Part shown: positions 10,896 through 22,548 of the stretch, in pieces
Numbering within the stretch: position 1 is the first letter of the stretch
How the letters are laid out: each line of letters opens with the position of its first letter
IMG/VR virus record: IMGVR_UViG_3300033995_001164
Span: 245,178-309,177 of that record
DNA length: 64,000 nt
Strand: one strand, 5' to 3'
Notes under the pieces: generated by a model
Databases searched by the model: none
Seen by the model: only the letters and a program-made list of their open reading frames with translations
Told to the model about the DNA's origin: nothing
Translations under genes and position numbers: made by a program

Positions 10896-13363
10896 AACAA
10901 AAATTAGAAGAAATTTACGAATCAAATATTGTCCATAATTCATTTTTGGACAAAGAATCCATCATTAAATCGATGGTGGATTCTTATAATTTAGGTAAAT
11001 TGAATTCTAATGGATATAATGAGGAGGAAATGATTAAATCATCCAAATATGGATATGAATATCATCAAACAACTTCATTTCCGGAAAAGGACTTTGAATC
11101 AAACTGTATGAATAATTTTAAACAATGGTTACAATCTAAACAACACAAAAAATGACAAACGAAGAATTTATTTTTAATTTACTAATGGAAGCCGAATCAT
11201 TAGGGATTAGAAAAGAGGTTTTGGACTTATCTACCAAAATTAAGGAAGAAAACAGATTAATGGATATTAATACATCCATTGAAAAAGCATTTCATTACAT
11301 GAAATCCAAATTACAAGAATATAATAACGTATGAGCAACCTAAAATTCAATATTAGATTTCTAAAATGGCACTTTCAAGTGACAACTGAATGGAAGTGTT
11401 CTTGGACATATAATGATTATCACAAAAACTTGGACCATGGATGGTTTGACATATGTGAATTTAAACCTTTTAAATAATGGGAAATTTTGAATTAAATGAA
11501 GTAGAAAAAGAGAATCAAAAAACAATAGTTGATTCAATTAAAGTATTATATGGTGATGATGTTGATTATAAAGTTCAATATCTTATCTCTCACACCGGAA
11601 TTGGACTTAATGTTGAGGTTGTAATTACAAGCCCAAAAAAAGTGTTTATGACAATAAGAAAAGACATAACAGATTATAATAGTTGGTAATATGGATATAA
11701 GAGAAAAATATATTGAGTTTATGTTGGACAATATTATTGGTTCCAACATCCGAGTTCAGTTACCTGAACCTCAAAAAGATGGTAAACTTTTTTGGAATAT
11801 GTTAGGACCAACCGTTTATATGAATGTTGAGTTGGAAGTTATTGAAAAATATACCAGGTCAGTAAAATTTAACTTCAAATTTGATAAGTATAATGTTGAG
11901 AAAATTATCTTCATACCAATTGAATCAGCACCAATGAGTATTAAAGAAAAACTTGACAATACTCTTACAAATTTAGTTAGTAAAACTTTCATCGGTGATG
12001 GTAGACAAGATGATTTGAAAAAGATATACGATGAAAGAAGAAAGACAATGTTTTCCGGATTATCTAAAATGGTGGGTAAGGTTGTTGAGATTAAAGATAA
12101 TAACTCAAATAAAATAGTTGAATAATGACATACGATGAATTAGAAATTTGGCAATCAGTCCAATACAGAATGGATGAAGAAGGTTTTGACTACTGCTTTG
12201 AAAGTTATTCCAATTGGGATGAAATTAAAGATGAGGAATTCCACAGATTAAGATTGGGGTTCTTACAACATATGAAAGAACTTCGTGAATACATTGATAA
12301 TAAAGTTGAAGAAGGTGAAAATTTTGAATTAGAGGGGGGATTTGATGATGAGTAATATAGACCCCAATATGGTTGAGACCATAGACCAAGTGTATGAATG
12401 TTATGAAGTAGAACATTCTATGGCAACCGTTCGGTGGCTTCATCCGATGTTTCAAAACGGAACGTTTAGTAAGGATAATTCCTGTCAACCACCTAATCCG
12501 GGTGAACTTCTAACAAAAGAAGAATTCTATAATGAGATGAACACAAATAGTGAATTGTATAAAGAGTGGGAGAAATCTATCACAACCCTTTATTTTTACA
12601 TATCAAAACAAAATAGAAATGAGTAGAGATGAGAGGTTATTGGTGTTAAAAAATGCTCACCAAAAATATGTCGATTGGTGGCACCCAATGGATGTCGCCG
12701 CAGGTTCAATTATGGGTGCGATGTCTTGTCACAGGTTTTGTGAAACACTATTAACGTATAATGATGAATGGTATGATAGATGGATTGAGGATTCAATACC
12801 AAAGGATAAAAAACAACCCTTTAAAGTGGATATTTTAAGATTCATAATAGGGCATTACGGAAATATAATTGATTTAAATAAAAATGAATAATAAGAAAAA
12901 AGAACATATTGAAACAATCTCCGGGGTAGAAACAAACCCATGGTTAAGGTTTGTTGGCGATATACCAATCGACCAATTGATTGAGTTATTAATCAATTCA
13001 AGAAATAATGGGGTAAATTTGGGTTATGAAAACTTAAAAGTCCTTATTAAGGAAGACACTGGGATTATTGATATTGATTTATATGGTGAAAGACCATTTA
13101 ATGATGAAGAACTTCAACAAATGGATGAAATATCAGTTATTTCTCGACAAAAATCGATTAGTAATACCGGATTAAATAGAAATGAATTATTAGAAAGAAA
13201 TACAAAAATTATGGGAAAAAAAAGTAAAAGAATTGTAAAAATACTAACACAACAAGTTAGTGAGAAAATGACAGATGAAAATTATTTAAGAGGATTATTA
13301 GATTCCAATTTAATTTCAATGGAAGAGTTTTTAAAGATTACTATGTCTGAAAATGGAAAATAA
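10892..13363 (+). CDS. run of small hypothetical proteins (10892-11155, 11152-11334, 11477-11689, 11691-12125, 12125-12355, 12342-12626, 12619-12891, 12884-13363)
   Basis: Tightly packed ORFs with overlapping start/stop codons. Confidence 0.6.
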
Positions 13364-13683
13364 TTTAGAAGTAATTGACGATGAATTGTGGGACTATTAC
13401 AGCGGATTACCAAATCCAATGTGGTATCAACAAGTTAAAGAATTAGAAGATGATACTGATGATAGTACTGATACTTCAGTTACTACTGAATAAAATAAAA
13501 CGAAAAAGAAAAAGTATATGGGATTTATAGGCACACTTTATGCGGTGTATGAAAAAGTACCAGCACACGGGAGTAAAGAACATAATGTAATCTTGGGTCC
13601 TTTCAAAACTAAAGAAGAAGCAGAACAAAGCAGAATTAAATATGGTTATAACACCGATAATTATTACGTAGATATTTTGAAAT

Positions 13684-14517
13684 ATGAATAAAGCTGATAA
13701 ATACTATAATGATAACCTCCGTAAAATTCTATCTGAAGGTTGTTTGGATGAAGACCCAAGACCAAAATATGTTGATGGAACACCGGCTCATAGTAAATTC
13801 ATCACCCAAGTTTTTGAGGAATATGATATTTCAAAAGGTGAGTTCCCAATAACAACATTACGAAACACAGCGATTAAGACCGGAATTAAAGAAATATTAT
13901 GGATTTACCAATCACAGGATAGTTCTTTGGTTACAGCAAGAGAAAAAGGTGTTTTATGGTGGGATGAATGGAATATTGGTGATGATACAATAGGTCAAAG
14001 ATATGGTGCGACGGTATCAAAATATAATTTAATGAATGATTTATTGGGTGGATTAAAAAATGACCCATTTTCAAGACGACACATCATAAATTTATATCAA
14101 TATCAAGATTTGAAAGACACCAAAGGATTACATCCTTGTGCGTATGAAACAATTTGGTCGGTTAGAAAAGTTAATGGTGTTATGTTTTTAGATATGACTC
14201 TAATCCAACGAAGTAATGATTATATTACAGCTGGTTTTATAAATAAAATCCAATATGTGTCATTTTTAATGATGGTTGCCGGACATTTGAATTATCAGGT
14301 TGGGAAGTTTTGTCATTTAACACAAAATTTACATATCTACGATAGACATTATGATGCGGCTAACGAGATATTAGATAGGGTTAATTTGGGTATTAACATC
14401 CAACCAAAAATAGAGTTAAAAGAAGTCAAAAACTTCTACAAGTATACAATTGATGATTTTATTATTTACGATAATATAGGTAAAAAAATAAATTCTCCAT
14501 TAGAATTGGCAATTTAA
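13684..14517 (+). CDS. thyA: thymidylate synthase
   Basis: IKEILW, IGQRYG, SRRHII, LHPCA (catalytic Cys), QRSND, NLHIYDRH. Confidence 0.95.
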   Translation: MNKADKYYNDNLRKILSEGCLDEDPRPKYVDGTPAHSKFITQVFEEYDISKGEFPITTLRNTAIKTGIKEILWIYQSQDSSLVTAREKGVLWWDEWNIGDDTIGQRYGATVSKYNLMNDLLGGLKNDPFSRRHIINLYQYQDLKDTKGLHPCAYETIWSVRKVNGVMFLDMTLIQRSNDYITAGFINKIQYVSFLMMVAGHLNYQVGKFCHLTQNLHIYDRHYDAANEILDRVNLGINIQPKIELKEVKNFYKYTIDDFIIYDNIGKKINSPLELAI

Positions 14518-14582
14518 TTAAAAAATATCCGTTGTTTTCTATACATTTACAAATATCGTGATATTTATATGTAAAGGACACG

Positions 14583-15332
14583 ATGGATTATATTAAAATT
14601 TATAATAAGATTACTGATAACGGAAAAGATAGATTATTAACCGGTTATACTGAAACTCATCACATAATACCTAAATGTATGGGTGGAACTAATGATAGTT
14701 GGAATTTAGTTAAATTAACCGCGAAAGAACATTTTATTTGTCATTTATTATTATGTGAGATTTATCCTAAAAACCGAAAATTAAGAATGGCGTTGTGGAA
14801 TATGTCTAATGTTAATAGAGATTATCAGGAAAGATATCAAGTATCGGGTAAATTATATGAAATTATTAGAAAAGAATACTCTGAAAGTATTAGTGGTAAA
14901 AATAATCCAAGATATGGGATAAAACTAACAGATGAGACCAAACAAAAAATAAGTAATAGTCGGATTGGTAAATATGGTGGTGATAAAAATCCATTTTTTG
15001 GTAAAACTCACACAGATGAAACAAAAGATAAATTAAGTGTTAGTAGTTCAAAAAATAAACATTCTGAAGAAACTAAAAAGAAAATGTCTTTAACCCGTAA
15101 AGGGAAACCATCAGGACGAAAAGGTAAAGTTAATTCTGAAGAACATAGAAACAAAATTAAAGAGAGTTTGAAAAAAGTAGGACACTCCAAACCATCTTCC
15201 AAAAAATGTAATATTGATGGGTTAGTTTTTAATTCGGCGGTCGAAGCTTCAAAATTTTTTAATATGCCTGATAGTAGTGTTAGAGATAGAATAAGAAATA
15301 AAAACTTCCCAACTTGGATTTGGTTGGAATAA
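14583..15332 (+). CDS. free-standing HNH homing endonuclease with NUMOD3 repeats
   Basis: ETHHIIPKCMGG..NLVKLTAKEHFICHLLL; KNPFFGKTHTDETK repeats; directly after thyA. Confidence 0.88.
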   Translation: MDYIKIYNKITDNGKDRLLTGYTETHHIIPKCMGGTNDSWNLVKLTAKEHFICHLLLCEIYPKNRKLRMALWNMSNVNRDYQERYQVSGKLYEIIRKEYSESISGKNNPRYGIKLTDETKQKISNSRIGKYGGDKNPFFGKTHTDETKDKLSVSSSKNKHSEETKKKMSLTRKGKPSGRKGKVNSEEHRNKIKESLKKVGHSKPSSKKCNIDGLVFNSAVEASKFFNMPDSSVRDRIRNKNFPTWIWLE

Positions 15333-15351
15333 ATGATATAAGTAATTAAAA

Positions 15352-15770
15352 ATGTTAATACATATTTCAACACAAGAATTAGAAAAAGATTTCATAAACC
15401 CTGTTAGAAATGGATTCGTATCCCAACCATCAATAGATTATCAAACAAATGCCGTCCATGCTCAATACGAAGGAAAAGATATTATCATCTTTAACTTCGA
15501 AAAGTATGGATGGTTAAATGACAACAGATTTAATACCTATAACCTATCATTAGGTTCCGCAGGTATAACAATTGAAATATTATTATGAGAATAGAAAAAG
15601 AAATTAAAGAGAAGTACGAAGAAATGTTGGAACATACTGAATTATTAATGGATAAAGTTAGAAATCCTGATAAATATGATGATGTAACTATTGAAAATAT
15701 TCAAGAACATATCCAAAACGAAAATGAACAACATCAAATGAATTCATTAATTAATTGGATTTTAAATTAA
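15352..15770 (+). CDS. two small hypothetical proteins (15352-15588, 15585-15770)
   Basis: ORF track. Confidence 0.55.
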
Positions 15771-15772
15771 TC

Positions 15773-16030
15773 ATGAAAAGTCCATTAACCGGAAAAGAAA
15801 TGAAACTAATGTCGGAACCATCCACATTGGATTATAAAGGTAAAACATATGATGTAATTCATCATTCTTACCTGTGTGAATTAACAAACGAAAAATTCAC
15901 AACAACAGAGTTGGATGAAATGAATTTATTAGAACTAAACAAACAAGTTAAACTTGATTTTTTAGAACAATTCATAGACACTGAAGGAAAAATTAACATT
16001 GATGCCATATTAGAAGGTAAAGATAGATAA
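15773..16030 (+). CDS. stand-alone MqsA-like antitoxin N-terminal domain
   Basis: MKSPLTGKEMKL...YLCELTNEKFTTTELDEMNL resembles Bacteroidota MqsA-family N-termini as I recall them; no HTH follows. Confidence 0.6.
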   Translation: MKSPLTGKEMKLMSEPSTLDYKGKTYDVIHHSYLCELTNEKFTTTELDEMNLLELNKQVKLDFLEQFIDTEGKINIDAILEGKDR

Positions 16031-16038
16031 ACAATAGA

Positions 16039-16236
16039 ATGAAAGAATCAACAGAATTTGAAATGATGAGGTCTCTCCACACTTTATGGATGAAAGACCT
16101 AATAACTTGGGACCAAGTTGCGGAATTATTAATCGCGAGTACTCAATTAGAACTCACCTATCTAAATGAAGTAAGATTTGAAGCGGAATCGTTAGATGGT
16201 GATGTTATATACAAAATTGAAGGAGTGAGTTTTTAA
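16039..16236 (+). CDS. hypothetical protein
   Basis: ORF track. Confidence 0.55.
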   Translation: MKESTEFEMMRSLHTLWMKDLITWDQVAELLIASTQLELTYLNEVRFEAESLDGDVIYKIEGVSF

Positions 16237-16838
16237 TAAAACTTCATATATAATTCGACTATTTTTGTAGATAATTTACGAATAACCCTATTAACAGTGT
16301 CTAATTCAATTTCCATACCTTTCGATTCCATCCATTTTATGGTTCCTCGAACCATTATGTCTTTAGCTTCTTCAGCACTATCTAACATTTCTTGGAAATT
16401 TTCATTGTCTTCATTATTTTCACCATAATATCGGTCAATCCATTCTTTACCCGAATATAAGAATGGGCCGGCTTGAAACATATTCACAGCACCGGACTTT
16501 TGGACTTTCTTAAGATATTCCCTCAAAAATTTCCAATTAAAATTTTCAAAAATCTCAGGATTTTTACTGAAAAAATCATATTCATTACTTCCGGTTTGTT
16601 CATCAAGTTGTTTTTCTTGTATTTTTTTCCAAGCATCAGTTGCACTAACCAACGATAACTTACTTCCGTTTTCCCAATTAACACTAATAATTAACGCATC
16701 ATCATCTGATTCAAATGGGTCTTTTTGAACTTTAGTTACAACCCCTTTTGTTCCCGGAGGAACACTTGTTTCATGTTCCATATGGAAACATACTATTTCA
16801 TCACCGGCTTTTAATGGCGTATTTAATGGTCCTTTCAT
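16233..16838 (-). CDS. DUF4314-like domain fused to DUF5049-like domain
   Basis: VPPGTKGVV..VNWENGSKLSLV; VQKSGAVNMF; true start MKGPLN at 16838. Confidence 0.6.
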   Translation of the reverse strand: MKGPLNTPLKAGDEIVCFHMEHETSVPPGTKGVVTKVQKDPFESDDDALIISVNWENGSKLSLVSATDAWKKIQEKQLDEQTGSNEYDFFSKNPEIFENFNWKFLREYLKKVQKSGAVNMFQAGPFLYSGKEWIDRYYGENNEDNENFQEMLDSAEEAKDIMVRGTIKWMESKGMEIELDTVNRVIRKLSTKIVELYMKFY

Positions 16839-16869
16839 ATTTATAAATATAATCAATATATTTATTATT
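16839..16869. promoter_or_regulatory. back-to-back TATTTAT boxes driving divergent genes
   Basis: A 31-bp gap holds ATAAATAT (minus sense) and ATATTTAT (plus sense), each a few nt from an ATG. Confidence 0.6.
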
Positions 16870-17490
16870 ATGGAATTTTTAATCACAGAAGCACAGTTAA
16901 AGACAATTTTAACAGAACAAGACAAATCTAAAATGACTAACGACATGAAAGAACTATATTCTTTCACTGAAAACTTAGTTAATCGTGTCAAAGCAATTTA
17001 TGGAATAAACCTTAGGATGTTATTAACTTGGGGAACTTCGGTTGGTGGTCTTATCGCACCATTAGACGAATTTATTAAAACCGGTAATTTTAATTTAACC
17101 GAGGAACAGGGGATTTTAATCCTTGCTGCGGTGGCATCAATGCTCTTTTTTGAAAATAAAAGAGGTGTTAGTAAATTGATTGAAAAAATAAAAGAAGAAG
17201 GAGTTTTACCTCAATTTGAACAAATTTTATCGAAGGGCCATGAATTAAAATCGGCGTTTGTAGGGTTTTTAAGTTCTATTAACATAACAATAGGGTCACT
17301 TATGGAAGTAGCGGCTTATAGTTTTTTAATCCCAATTATTTTTGATATTACGGCAATTGCTGAATCTTCAACAAATTTAAGACAAAGTTCATTACAAATA
17401 GTTGAACGACTATTAGCATCTGGAGTTATTGGATTAAGTGGTCAAGCTTTGACTGTCACAATCAGAAAAATACTAAAAAAACTCAAATAA
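16870..17490 (+). CDS. ITE-leader hypothetical protein with hydrophobic helices
   Basis: MEFLITEAQL leader. Confidence 0.7.
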   Translation: MEFLITEAQLKTILTEQDKSKMTNDMKELYSFTENLVNRVKAIYGINLRMLLTWGTSVGGLIAPLDEFIKTGNFNLTEEQGILILAAVASMLFFENKRGVSKLIEKIKEEGVLPQFEQILSKGHELKSAFVGFLSSINITIGSLMEVAAYSFLIPIIFDITAIAESSTNLRQSSLQIVERLLASGVIGLSGQALTVTIRKILKKLK

Positions 17491-17491
17491 C

Positions 17492-18466
17492 TTATTTTTC
17501 AGAAAGTATTTTTTGAATCACTTTTTCTTCTTGTAATGGTGTTAAATTATGTTTATGAGGATATTTTTTAAACCAATTTCGAACCAAGGTTTCCATACTA
17601 TTTTTTTCTTGCCTTGCTCTTTTTTCAAATCCGGCTCTTTGAGCCCCTATTTCATATTTGTGTGTATAATATTTAAATGGGTTAGATTGTTCTTTAACTG
17701 TTCTTCTTCCACTATCGTATTGTAAAATATGTTCAATTTCGTGTCTAACAACTTCATTCAATTCACTAACCAGTTCATTAATAATCTCATTACCTGAATT
17801 AGGATTTACTATAATTTCAATATCTATCAGATTATCTTTGTAATATAAATCACCATCAACTTCAAAAGTTTTAACATCATCACTTTGTTTAATAGATAAA
17901 TTTAAACTAAATTCAATACCTAATTGCGGGTGATTATAATATGGTTCCGTTTCTCTCAAATCATCAGGTAATTGGTATTCCCCAAATGATTTTGTTTTGT
18001 ATAATGAAATAATATCATTAACTATTCTCCTAACAATATTATCATATTTTTTTTCCATAATTAAACTTTCGTTTATGTTTTTACTTGTTTCATTTACCAC
18101 TTTGGTACACATAGCAGGATTATTTAACCCCCAATACTGTAAAAATTTTTGTAATTGTACCGTAACTCTGTTAGTTAAGATATAAAAAGTTAAGTCCCCA
18201 TTACCCACTACTTTTTCTTTTTTACCGTCCATTAACATATTGGTAAGAGCGTCCATCATAGGATTAGAACCCTTAATGAATAAAGTGTAAGTGACATATA
18301 TCATTTCATCCCCCATTCTTATCATTTTTTTAGTTCCCGTAATTTGAACTTTAACATTGGCAAATACATCAGATGGCAAATAATCCCCCATAGGGTCTTC
18401 AACTATAAAATCATGTTGAGATAAAAATTTATTAAGTCGTTCTATTGGTAATTCTAATTCTTCCAT
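17492..18466 (-). CDS. HExxH zinc-peptidase-like protein
   Basis: RHEIEHILQ..YY...EIGA. Confidence 0.6.
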   Translation of the reverse strand: MEELELPIERLNKFLSQHDFIVEDPMGDYLPSDVFANVKVQITGTKKMIRMGDEMIYVTYTLFIKGSNPMMDALTNMLMDGKKEKVVGNGDLTFYILTNRVTVQLQKFLQYWGLNNPAMCTKVVNETSKNINESLIMEKKYDNIVRRIVNDIISLYKTKSFGEYQLPDDLRETEPYYNHPQLGIEFSLNLSIKQSDDVKTFEVDGDLYYKDNLIDIEIIVNPNSGNEIINELVSELNEVVRHEIEHILQYDSGRRTVKEQSNPFKYYTHKYEIGAQRAGFEKRARQEKNSMETLVRNWFKKYPHKHNLTPLQEEKVIQKILSEK

Positions 18467-18612
18467 AATTTATAAATACTTGGTAAATGAGTTTGGTTCT
18501 TTCGTACAAATATACTATATTTAATCACACGAAAAAAATTAAAACGTTAAAATTTAATTCATTATTTGATTCGATGGAATAAAAAAATTATTATTAAAAA
18601 AAAAAATAACTT

Positions 18613-19785
18613 ATGTCAAAAATCACAGAAATTAAAAACCAATATCCTGAATTAAACATTTCAATAATTGACGTGTTTTTAAAAATGGATAATACAAAAA
18701 CAAATAAATATTTACCATTACTTTGTAAATTATTCTCTCATAGGTTTCAACCGGATAAACTATGGGGTAAAATGGACTATAAATCTGAAATAGAGCATAT
18801 TATAGAAAGAATGGAAAATTTAGGATTTGATTGTGGTAACATGTCAGATAATGAAATATATTCATATTATTTTTATACCGATGTTTTCAACAATGAAGAT
18901 ATTCGTGATGTAATTTCATTCCGTAAATATAATGAAAGAGGTTTAATTAAAAATAACGATATTACAACATATCAAACATTCGATGAAATTAGGTCGGCAG
19001 TAGGGTTGGCGTCGTTAAAAGAGGATGAAAAGATGATGAAATCCCAAATAATTAAGGAGTATGAAGATGATGTTTGGTTAGCATTAAGACCATTAACATT
19101 CGGTGCGTCATCAAAATACGGAGCCGCAACTAAATGGTGTACCACTTATCAAAATGATAAACAATATTTTGAACGATATTGGAATAGAGGTATTTTAGTT
19201 TATTTTATTAACAAAGTTACGGGATTAAAATTTGCATTATTTAAATCTCTTGATAATGAAAAAGAATTAAGTTTTTGGAACGCTGCCGATAGTAGAGTTG
19301 ATTTTTTAGAATTAGAAATTGAGGACTATATGTTTCCGATTGTTAAAAAGATTTTAAAATCGGATAAAACTAATAAAAATTTATGTTCAGTTAAAATTCA
19401 AATACAAGTTGAAATTGAATGTAGTAGGATTAGGTATAAAAAATCTCAAGTTCTTGGGGAAATATCGATGGAGGGCAATGAGGATAATATGGTAGAAGAA
19501 ATACCAATGCAGACAATGGAGATTGAAATGAACGAACCTGAGATAATAGAGAGACAAGTTATTCAATTAAGACCCAGAACGGTAAGAACAAGAGAACAAC
19601 TTGAGGAACAACTTAGAACCGAAGTTGCAATTTTGGGAGAAAATGCAGAAGTATCTCTTAGAAATCTTTATGGTGGAATCGATAGACTTGGAGAATCATT
19701 TGAGTTGGGAGTATCTACTCGAGGTAATATATCCGCCGAACCATATATTGATAATAATGAAGATTGTCAGGCCGGTGAAATATAA
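18613..19785 (+). CDS. hypothetical protein with 'YG..TKWCTT' domain
   Basis: Shares motifs with 4248 and 35227. Confidence 0.7.
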   Translation: MSKITEIKNQYPELNISIIDVFLKMDNTKTNKYLPLLCKLFSHRFQPDKLWGKMDYKSEIEHIIERMENLGFDCGNMSDNEIYSYYFYTDVFNNEDIRDVISFRKYNERGLIKNNDITTYQTFDEIRSAVGLASLKEDEKMMKSQIIKEYEDDVWLALRPLTFGASSKYGAATKWCTTYQNDKQYFERYWNRGILVYFINKVTGLKFALFKSLDNEKELSFWNAADSRVDFLELEIEDYMFPIVKKILKSDKTNKNLCSVKIQIQVEIECSRIRYKKSQVLGEISMEGNEDNMVEEIPMQTMEIEMNEPEIIERQVIQLRPRTVRTREQLEEQLRTEVAILGENAEVSLRNLYGGIDRLGESFELGVSTRGNISAEPYIDNNEDCQAGEI

Positions 19786-19823
19786 AATAAAAATACCCCG
19801 TTTGGGGTATTTTTATTTTATAT

Positions 19824-20087
19824 TTATTCTTCTATTTCGACTATTAAAGTCCCTTCCCCTTTAATTACTCTGTGCCAAGTAAATTTTGGTATGTTAAATT
19901 CTTTAGTTTCAGATAATTTGATTGGTAAAAAATTCTCCATTTGGAATGACCACCCACCGTCTTCAACCACTGTAACTTTTCGGTCTTTAAGGTCTTGATG
20001 CCATTTTAATTCATCAGATTCAATATCAGGTGTGAATACTCTAATCATTTTTCCTGATTTAATGTATTGTTGAAATGGTAAATCCAT
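19824..20087 (-). CDS. small cupin-like protein
   Basis: LKWHQD..., IPKFTWHRVIKG; true start MDLPF. Confidence 0.6.
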   Translation of the reverse strand: MDLPFQQYIKSGKMIRVFTPDIESDELKWHQDLKDRKVTVVEDGGWSFQMENFLPIKLSETKEFNIPKFTWHRVIKGEGTLIVEIEE

Positions 20088-20713
20088 TACCAAGAATTTG
20101 AAGATGAAAGACCTAATTGTTTTGCATACCTTCCGATTGAGCAACTCCAATATCCAGCAGTTGTTCTATCTTTCTTTTGGTCACATTTATGACGAGCCCG
20201 GAATGATTTTGCCGCCACTTTATTACTGTTTTTGACTTTTAAATTAGGGTCACCAAAGGTAACTTTTTTAATACCACCACCAGGTGTTTTAACATAAACC
20301 GCAAATTTCTTAGGGCCTCCGGGAGTTCTTTTAGGTTTATTTAGTTCAACCTTTTTTCCTCTATGTATTGCCTCTTTTAAAATATCCTCTTCAGTCTCAG
20401 TTTCATAGATATAAGGGGCGTCCAAATAAACATATTCTTTACCTATTTTAACTTTAACCCCTAAATCAGATTCAACCATCATTTTATCTTCCTCATTAAG
20501 GTCTATTTTACCTTCATTCCATAAATTTCTAACCTCATTAACCAAATCAAAATATTTTTGAGAATAAGCCCTAAAGACATTGTCAGTTAATGATATTTTT
20601 TCAGTAATATGATAGGATAATGATTCGGAAATCACCACATCTTCTTTCAAAACCAAAGTTTTGTCTAAATGAGACTCCAAAGTCTCTTTTATTAATTCTC
20701 TTAAATTATTCAT
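20087..20713 (-). CDS. phage protein with basic C-terminal domain
   Basis: KKFAVYVK..VTFGD..SFRARHKC..AGYWSC. Confidence 0.7.
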   Translation of the reverse strand: MNNLRELIKETLESHLDKTLVLKEDVVISESLSYHITEKISLTDNVFRAYSQKYFDLVNEVRNLWNEGKIDLNEEDKMMVESDLGVKVKIGKEYVYLDAPYIYETETEEDILKEAIHRGKKVELNKPKRTPGGPKKFAVYVKTPGGGIKKVTFGDPNLKVKNSNKVAAKSFRARHKCDQKKDRTTAGYWSCSIGRYAKQLGLSSSNSW

Positions 20714-20819
20714 ACATTCTATTTTATAATAAATACCCCCATAAAAACTAATAATCGCGCATCATTAAAAACTAATAATCACCCTGATAATATATTTATA
20801 GTTATAAAAGTAAATTATT

Positions 20820-21632
20820 ATGACATTAAAAATTGGGTCAACCGGAGAAGAAGTGAAAAAACTTCAATTAAAATTGGGTACAACAGTTGATGGGTCTTTT
20901 GGTCCCGGTACTAAAAAATTGGTTAAAGAATGGCAAACTAAAAATGGATTAACTTCTGACGGAATTGTTGGTGAAGGAACTTGGAAAAAAATGTTTAATT
21001 CTGTGATTAAAGAAGATGTAGTTATCCCGACAGGGGGGTCAATCAATTTAGAAAAATTAAAAGGACATATTCCTGAATCAATAATTGCACAGATTCCTGA
21101 AGTTATTGAAAAATTCAAAATTAACACACCATTAAGGTTGTCTCATTTCCTTTCTCAGTGTGGTCACGAATCGGGGGGGTTCAAAGTATTCCAAGAAAAT
21201 TTAAATTATTCTGCGGATGGTCTTAAAAAAATATTCCCTAAATATTTCCCTGGTAATTTATCAGAATCTTATTCAAGAAACCCTGAAAAAATTGCATCAA
21301 AAGTATATGGTGGAAGAATGGGTAATGGTGATGAATCAACAAAAGAAGGGTTCAAATTTCGTGGCCGCGGTGGTATCCAGTTGACAGGAAAAGAAAATTA
21401 TATTGCGTTTGGAAAGGCAATTAATGAAGATTTGGTTTCTAACCCTGATTTAGTCGCTACTAAGTACCCAATATTATCAGCATCTTGGTTCTTTACAAGA
21501 TGTTTACCTAAATGTGATAGTGGTTCGTCAAGAGCCGTTGTTGAAAGTGTGACTAAATGTGTAAATGGCGGGTTGAATGGAATTGAGGACCGATATAAGC
21601 ACTTTGTAGAATATTTTAAGTTATTATCATAA
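20820..21632 (+). CDS. endolysin: PG-binding domain plus glycoside hydrolase family 19
   Basis: DGSFGPGT, DGIVGEGTW; FLSQCGHESGG, FRGRGGIQLTG, VNGGLNG. Confidence 0.92.
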   Translation: MTLKIGSTGEEVKKLQLKLGTTVDGSFGPGTKKLVKEWQTKNGLTSDGIVGEGTWKKMFNSVIKEDVVIPTGGSINLEKLKGHIPESIIAQIPEVIEKFKINTPLRLSHFLSQCGHESGGFKVFQENLNYSADGLKKIFPKYFPGNLSESYSRNPEKIASKVYGGRMGNGDESTKEGFKFRGRGGIQLTGKENYIAFGKAINEDLVSNPDLVATKYPILSASWFFTRCLPKCDSGSSRAVVESVTKCVNGGLNGIEDRYKHFVEYFKLLS

Positions 21633-21682
21633 TTTTTTTATACTTTTTTATACTTTTTTACATTTCCATAATATTTATTAAT

Positions 21683-21820
21683 ATGGAAAGAAAAACTTTA
21701 ATAATTAGTAAAGAAACCCACCAAAAATTAAAGGAATATTGTAATAATAATTCTATTAAATTAAATGATTGGGTTGAAAAATTAATACTTAACGAAATAA
21801 AAAAGTATGATGGAAAATAA
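21683..21820 (+). CDS. 45-aa ribbon-helix-helix-like protein (not in the ORF track)
   Basis: MERKTLIISKETHQKLKEYC..IKLNDWVEKLI, after an ATATTTAT box. Confidence 0.6.
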   Translation: MERKTLIISKETHQKLKEYCNNNSIKLNDWVEKLILNEIKKYDGK

Positions 21821-22463
21821 TTGGTATGTTTATAGACACATTAGATTGGACAAAACTGAGCCTTTTTATATCGGTATAGGTAATAAAAAAAATCACGCAA
21901 GAGCATATCAAACCAAACCTAACAGACGTAATGAAATTTGGAGAAAAATATCTAATAAAACCGATATTGAAATTGAGATTTTATTTGAAGGTTTAACTAA
22001 AAATCAAGCGTCTGAAAAAGAAAAAGAATTTATTAAATTATATGGTAGGAAAGATTTAAACACTGGGTGTTTATGTAATATGACGGATGGTGGTGATGGT
22101 ATATGGAATTGTGTTATGTCTGAAAACACTAAAGAAAAAATGAGACAATCCAAATTAGGGGATAAAAACCCCAATTTTGGTAAATCACCATCAAAAGAAA
22201 CCATATTAAAAAGAAGTAAATCTTTAACAGGCCAAAAAAGGTCTGAGGAAGAAAAACATAAACAATCATTAAGAACAATTAAATCAGGACAGGCAAAATC
22301 CACAGATGTTTACAACTTCAATAATAATGAGTATGTTGGGAGATTTCACTCTATTTCAGAAGCGTGTAGAATTTTAGGGTTTCACAAATCAAATAGTAAG
22401 GCTTGTTTAGTGGCTAAAGGTAAACGAAATCAAACTCACGGATATGTGTTTAAGTATGTTTAA
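21807..22463 (+). CDS. GIY-YIG-type homing endonuclease with NUMOD motifs
   Basis: YVYRH..FYIGIG, EKEFIKLYG, NMTDGGDG, KNPNFGK. Confidence 0.85.
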   Translation: MMENNWYVYRHIRLDKTEPFYIGIGNKKNHARAYQTKPNRRNEIWRKISNKTDIEIEILFEGLTKNQASEKEKEFIKLYGRKDLNTGCLCNMTDGGDGIWNCVMSENTKEKMRQSKLGDKNPNFGKSPSKETILKRSKSLTGQKRSEEEKHKQSLRTIKSGQAKSTDVYNFNNNEYVGRFHSISEACRILGFHKSNSKACLVAKGKRNQTHGYVFKYV

Positions 22464-22548
22464 CCCGTTGTGTGTTGGATTAAATAAAGATTTTTAATAA
22501 AGTTAATTTTTTTATAAAAAGAATACTTATCTTTACAAAAAAAATAAA

